From the NCBI GenBank assembly GCA_036336835.1, contig JAYZFK010000046.1:64001-128000 (forward strand): a DNA stretch of 64,000 nucleotides, read 5' to 3'. Shown piece by piece: positions 60,720 through 64,000 of the stretch. Source of the DNA: Myxococcota bacterium. Lineage in GTDB: Bacteria > Myxococcota_A > UBA9160 > UBA4427. The notes beneath the pieces were generated by a model that was not told the DNA's origin, made no database searches, and saw only the letters and a list, made by a program, of their open reading frames with translations. Position numbers and translations under genes: made by a program. Each line of letters starts with the position of its first letter. The first letter of the stretch is position 1.

Positions 60720-62291
60720 TTGGACCCGTCCGCTTCTTTCGGTGGCTGGATCGATCTGATCTTCGCAGGCGAGAGCTCGTCTTCGGACGCGTTGGCAATC
60801 GGCCTGCTGTTGATCTGCCTGACGGCGCTCGCCGCTCTGTACGGCTCGCTGGCACACCGCCTCAAGCGCGTCTCGGATCTGTGCCGCAACATCGAGGGTT
60901 TGTATCGCTCGCGGCCCGGCGGCAAGGCCGGGGCGCACCTGCGCGACCTCGAGATGATGATGACCGAGTCGCCGATCGCGGGCGCGTGGTCGGAGCTCTT
61001 GCGAAGGCGCCACGAGCTGGGCGCGAGATCAGCGGACGACGGCACGCCCGTTCGATTCAGCGAGCTACTCGAAAGGTACCCGCTGATCCCGAACGGAGTC
61101 CGCCGCAGCCTGCTCGCCTCGATGCCCCTGCTACTCGTGGGGCTCGGGATGGCGACCTCGCTGGCAGCACTGTCCGGCGGCCTGGCGGCGTTCCCGACGG
61201 ACGCCGCCGTGCCGCGGGTCGTCGGTCTCGGATTTCGCGGTGCCTTCTGGGGACTCCTGCTGGCCACCGTTGCAAGCTTCACCACCAAGCTGCTCGTGGG
61301 CTCGAGCCGGGCGCTCGGCATCCGACTCTCGACGCTGATCGAGCGCACCTACCGCGTCGTGCCCCGGGACGAGATGGTGCTGCGCATCGCGGAGGCACAG
61401 CTGGCCGCCCAGAAACGCAACTCGCGGCTACTACTGCGCCTGACCAGGGATCTGCGCGAGTCGCTGAACGCTGGACTCGGCCGCATCGAGATCGCCGCTT
61501 CGCGAGCAGCTGACACCACCTTCCCCGATCATCACCTGACGCTCGAGAGTACGACGCAGGATCTCGCGAGCCCGCTGCAGGAGCCTCTCCGCGATCCGCT
61601 GAACGGGCTTCACGACTCGATAGAGATCAGCACGAGCACCTCGGACACGTCGAACGAGCCCGACGCCGAAGACGCGTCGCGCGCGCCGGCCGCGCTCGAG
61701 CGCGCAGCCCTGGCGGTCGAGCAGGCTGCGGCCGCACTGACGCGCAGCGCCGAGGCCAGCAGCTCGTACAGCAAGGATCGTGTCGGCCAGGTCGCCAGCG
61801 TGCTCGAACACACCATCGAGCAGCTCGAGGAGGCGCCGACGGAAACGGGCGAGGAGGTGGCCAGCGCCGAGACGCTGGCCGGACTGCGCGACGAGGTCAC
61901 GCAGTTGCACGACCAGATGGTCGAGAGCGTGATCGCTGCGCGCGAGTTGCACTCGGTCGAGGCCGCAGCCGACGCGACCCCCGTCTCGGCAGACGAGCCG
62001 GACGGCGAGGGAGCGCGAAGCGGCTATTCCGCCTTGCTCCATCGCTACGAGGCGCCGCGCTTCTCGCTCGACGAGCTGGCTCCCGAGCTCCGAACCTTCG
62101 ACACTGAGGCGGCGATCGAAAGAGCCCGCGCCGCCGGGGTCGCACCCGACGGGTCGCTCGTGCCGGCGCCACCGAGCGAGCCCACTGTCGATGAGGAGCC
62201 GGACGAGCCGGAGGCAGCAGTCGAGCCGGCCGCAGAGGCCGGGGGCGATTCGCAGCAGATCCGACTCGCCAGGTTTCTCGAGGAGCACTGA
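60720..62291 (+). CDS. ZorA/MotA-like membrane protein with long acidic helical tail
   Basis: GGAGG before TTG; TM1, soluble domain, TM pair (MPLLLVGLGMATSL; GAFWGLLLA), then an extended tail. Confidence 0.5.
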   Translation: MDPSASFGGWIDLIFAGESSSSDALAIGLLLICLTALAALYGSLAHRLKRVSDLCRNIEGLYRSRPGGKAGAHLRDLEMMMTESPIAGAWSELLRRRHELGARSADDGTPVRFSELLERYPLIPNGVRRSLLASMPLLLVGLGMATSLAALSGGLAAFPTDAAVPRVVGLGFRGAFWGLLLATVASFTTKLLVGSSRALGIRLSTLIERTYRVVPRDEMVLRIAEAQLAAQKRNSRLLLRLTRDLRESLNAGLGRIEIAASRAADTTFPDHHLTLESTTQDLASPLQEPLRDPLNGLHDSIEISTSTSDTSNEPDAEDASRAPAALERAALAVEQAAAALTRSAEASSSYSKDRVGQVASVLEHTIEQLEEAPTETGEEVASAETLAGLRDEVTQLHDQMVESVIAARELHSVEAAADATPVSADEPDGEGARSGYSALLHRYEAPRFSLDELAPELRTFDTEAAIERARAAGVAPDGSLVPAPPSEPTVDEEPDEPEAAVEPAAEAGGDSQQIRLARFLEEH

Positions 62292-62373
62292 GGCGGCGTC
62301 ACCACTTCGCGATTCGTATACTGCCGCATCGCACGCTTGTCCCAGCTCCGAGCCCCGGGGCCGCGGAGGAACC

Positions 62374-62925
62374 ATGACTACTCAGCAATCGAGCTTGGCT
62401 CGTTTCTTCATCCCGATCGTCACCGCCCTCGCGATCGCAATCTCCTGCGGCGGCCGCGAGGACGCGGCCGGGACGAACGCTGCTCCCGATACGCCCGCGG
62501 TAGAGAAAGAGCTCGCCTCCCAGCCGAGCGCGCGGCCGGCGCCAGGAACCGTGGCGCTTCGGCCGTCGGGTACCGGACGACCGCCGGGGGTTACCCGGAT
62601 CGTGCCCGAGAACGGTGCCAACACGATCGACTTGCCCGAGGATTTCCCCGCAGACGTGCCCTTGCACCCGGACTCCAGGCCGGTGCGCTACGTCTCCTCC
62701 CAGAAGAGCGGAACGATGACAGTGCTGATCGTCGACGAGTCGCCGGACTCGGCACGCCACTACTACACCTCCGCGCTGGAGGGCGAGGGCTGGACGATCG
62801 ACATGGACGGCGCCTCGTCGGATCTGCTGATGCTCAGTGCCTCGAAGAGACACCGAAGTCTGGCCGTCGCCATCGCCGAGGACGACGGCGAGACGACCAT
62901 CACGCTGATCGAGGGCAGCGAGTAG
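62374..62925 (+). CDS. Hypothetical lipoprotein
   Basis: GGAGG RBS; lipobox AISC; LPEDFP.DVP and YY...L..EGW pattern. Confidence 0.75.
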   Translation: MTTQQSSLARFFIPIVTALAIAISCGGREDAAGTNAAPDTPAVEKELASQPSARPAPGTVALRPSGTGRPPGVTRIVPENGANTIDLPEDFPADVPLHPDSRPVRYVSSQKSGTMTVLIVDESPDSARHYYTSALEGEGWTIDMDGASSDLLMLSASKRHRSLAVAIAEDDGETTITLIEGSE

Positions 62926-63027
62926 CGATCCAGCCTCGAGCGGCGCCGAGGTCCGCTCTCGCAACAAAGTCCTACACCTTCGCTGCGACCTGCCGATCGC
63001 GAAAGCATCGGAGCGAAGGAGTTTCGC

Positions 63028-63501
63028 GTGGCTGAAGCCTCCCGCGCGACCCGGCCTGACGTGGGCCTGTCCCACGTCGCCCTGGTGGTCGCCGACCTCG
63101 AAACGAGCATCGATTTCTACGCGCTCTACGCGGGCCTCGAGGCCGTTCATCGCCGCGGGAGGGAGGGGCACGGAGTCGCCTGGCTGTCGGACGGCACCCG
63201 CCCCTTCGTGCTGGTATTGCTCGAGAACGAGCGGGTAGACGTCCGGCTTTCGGGCACCGCCCACCTCGGAGTCGGCTGCGCGAGCCGCGGCGAGGTCGAC
63301 CGCCTGTGCGCCCTGGCCAGGAGCAGCGGCTGCTGGCTGGCTGGCCCCGACGAAGCGGGGCCACCCGTTGGCTACACCGCCCTGATCCAGGACCCCAGCG
63401 GCCACAACCTGGAGCTCTCCTACGGACAGCAAGTAGGCGCGACCGTCGTCGCGTCCTGCTCCGAATCCGCCGCCCAGAGCGCCGCCCGAAGGGCCAGCTG
63501 A
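63028..63501 (+). CDS. VOC (glyoxalase-like) family protein
   Basis: SHVAL.V.DL..SIDFY, HLG, DPSGHNLE; AAGGAG RBS. Confidence 0.9.
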   Translation: MAEASRATRPDVGLSHVALVVADLETSIDFYALYAGLEAVHRRGREGHGVAWLSDGTRPFVLVLLENERVDVRLSGTAHLGVGCASRGEVDRLCALARSSGCWLAGPDEAGPPVGYTALIQDPSGHNLELSYGQQVGATVVASCSESAAQSAARRAS

Positions 63502-63594
63502 TCCAACGGGCAGGTCACCGGTCTTCCCCGATTCCAGCGAGCCGCGGGCTCGAGCGACAGCGCGGGAGGGGCCGTGGCGTCCTCTCTGCCGAGC

Positions 63595-63999
63595 CTAGTA
63601 GCCGTCGACCCGAAGGAAGTCCACCCGCTCGAAATCGGCGGGCCTGAAATCACGCGCGAGCACCTCGAGCCGGTCGTCGCCGAGCCCAGGTACGAACAGC
63701 CCCCACTCGGCCAGACTTCGGTCGACGAACTCGAGCGGCATCTCGCGTTCCGCCGCCGCAACGTCGCGCAGCACCGAGTCGAAATCCGTCCTCTGGTTCG
63801 GCAGCAGGCGAAACTCCTCGACCTGTCGCCCCTCGCGGTAGAGCGCGTAGCGCAGGACCTCGGCCGGCTCGCAGATCTCGATCAGTGCGGCGTCGCACCC
63901 AAGCTGCTTCGAGAGGATTCGCGCGTCCGTCGCGTGGAGTGAACGCCGGTCGAGCAGCGCGGTCTGCGCCAGTGTCCAGTCGTGGCCCCGAAACTGATA
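63595..63999 (-). CDS. Hypothetical protein (5'-truncated by window edge)
   Basis: Open frame from the window end, YQFRGHDWTL...DFLRVDGY*, with typical GC-rich codon usage; absent from the ORF track. Confidence 0.65.
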   Translation of the reverse strand, partial: YQFRGHDWTLAQTALLDRRSLHATDARILSKQLGCDAALIEICEPAEVLRYALYREGRQVEEFRLLPNQRTDFDSVLRDVAAAEREMPLEFVDRSLAEWGLFVPGLGDDRLEVLARDFRPADFERVDFLRVDGY

Positions 64000-64000
64000 G

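Noticed and set aside
60720..63501. Complete Zorya defence system
   Set aside because: No ZorB (MotB/OmpA), ZorC, ZorD or ZorE gene is present

Overview
A gene-dense, very GC-rich (roughly 70% by eye) bacterial chromosomal segment with about 60 CDSs. I found no rRNA, tRNA, CRISPR array, integrase or transposase. Lipoproteins, an RND pump, a probable outer-membrane barrel, a CarF-family desaturase, two DUF3604 proteins and several LLM oxidoreductases point to a diderm, possibly Myxococcota-like organism (inference). Content is mostly lipid and acyl-CoA catabolism, redox and stress genes (arfB, OsmC family, glutathione peroxidase, apaG, exported SurE), envelope genes (three DUF4136 lipoproteins around an M48 protease) and transporters. 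The most notable observations are: a structured 650-bp intergenic region (46255-46906) with tandem operators, a candidate small RNA and a perfect CRP-type box; an orphan ZorA/MotA-like protein with no B subunit; a CarF homologue that appears to lack one diagnostic His, upstream of a glutathione peroxidase; a 1-nt frameshift fusing a DUF4136 lipoprotein to an AspT/YidE transporter; eight apparently leaderless genes; and a 33-bp coding tandem repeat. All family calls come from motif recognition by eye, not database searches.
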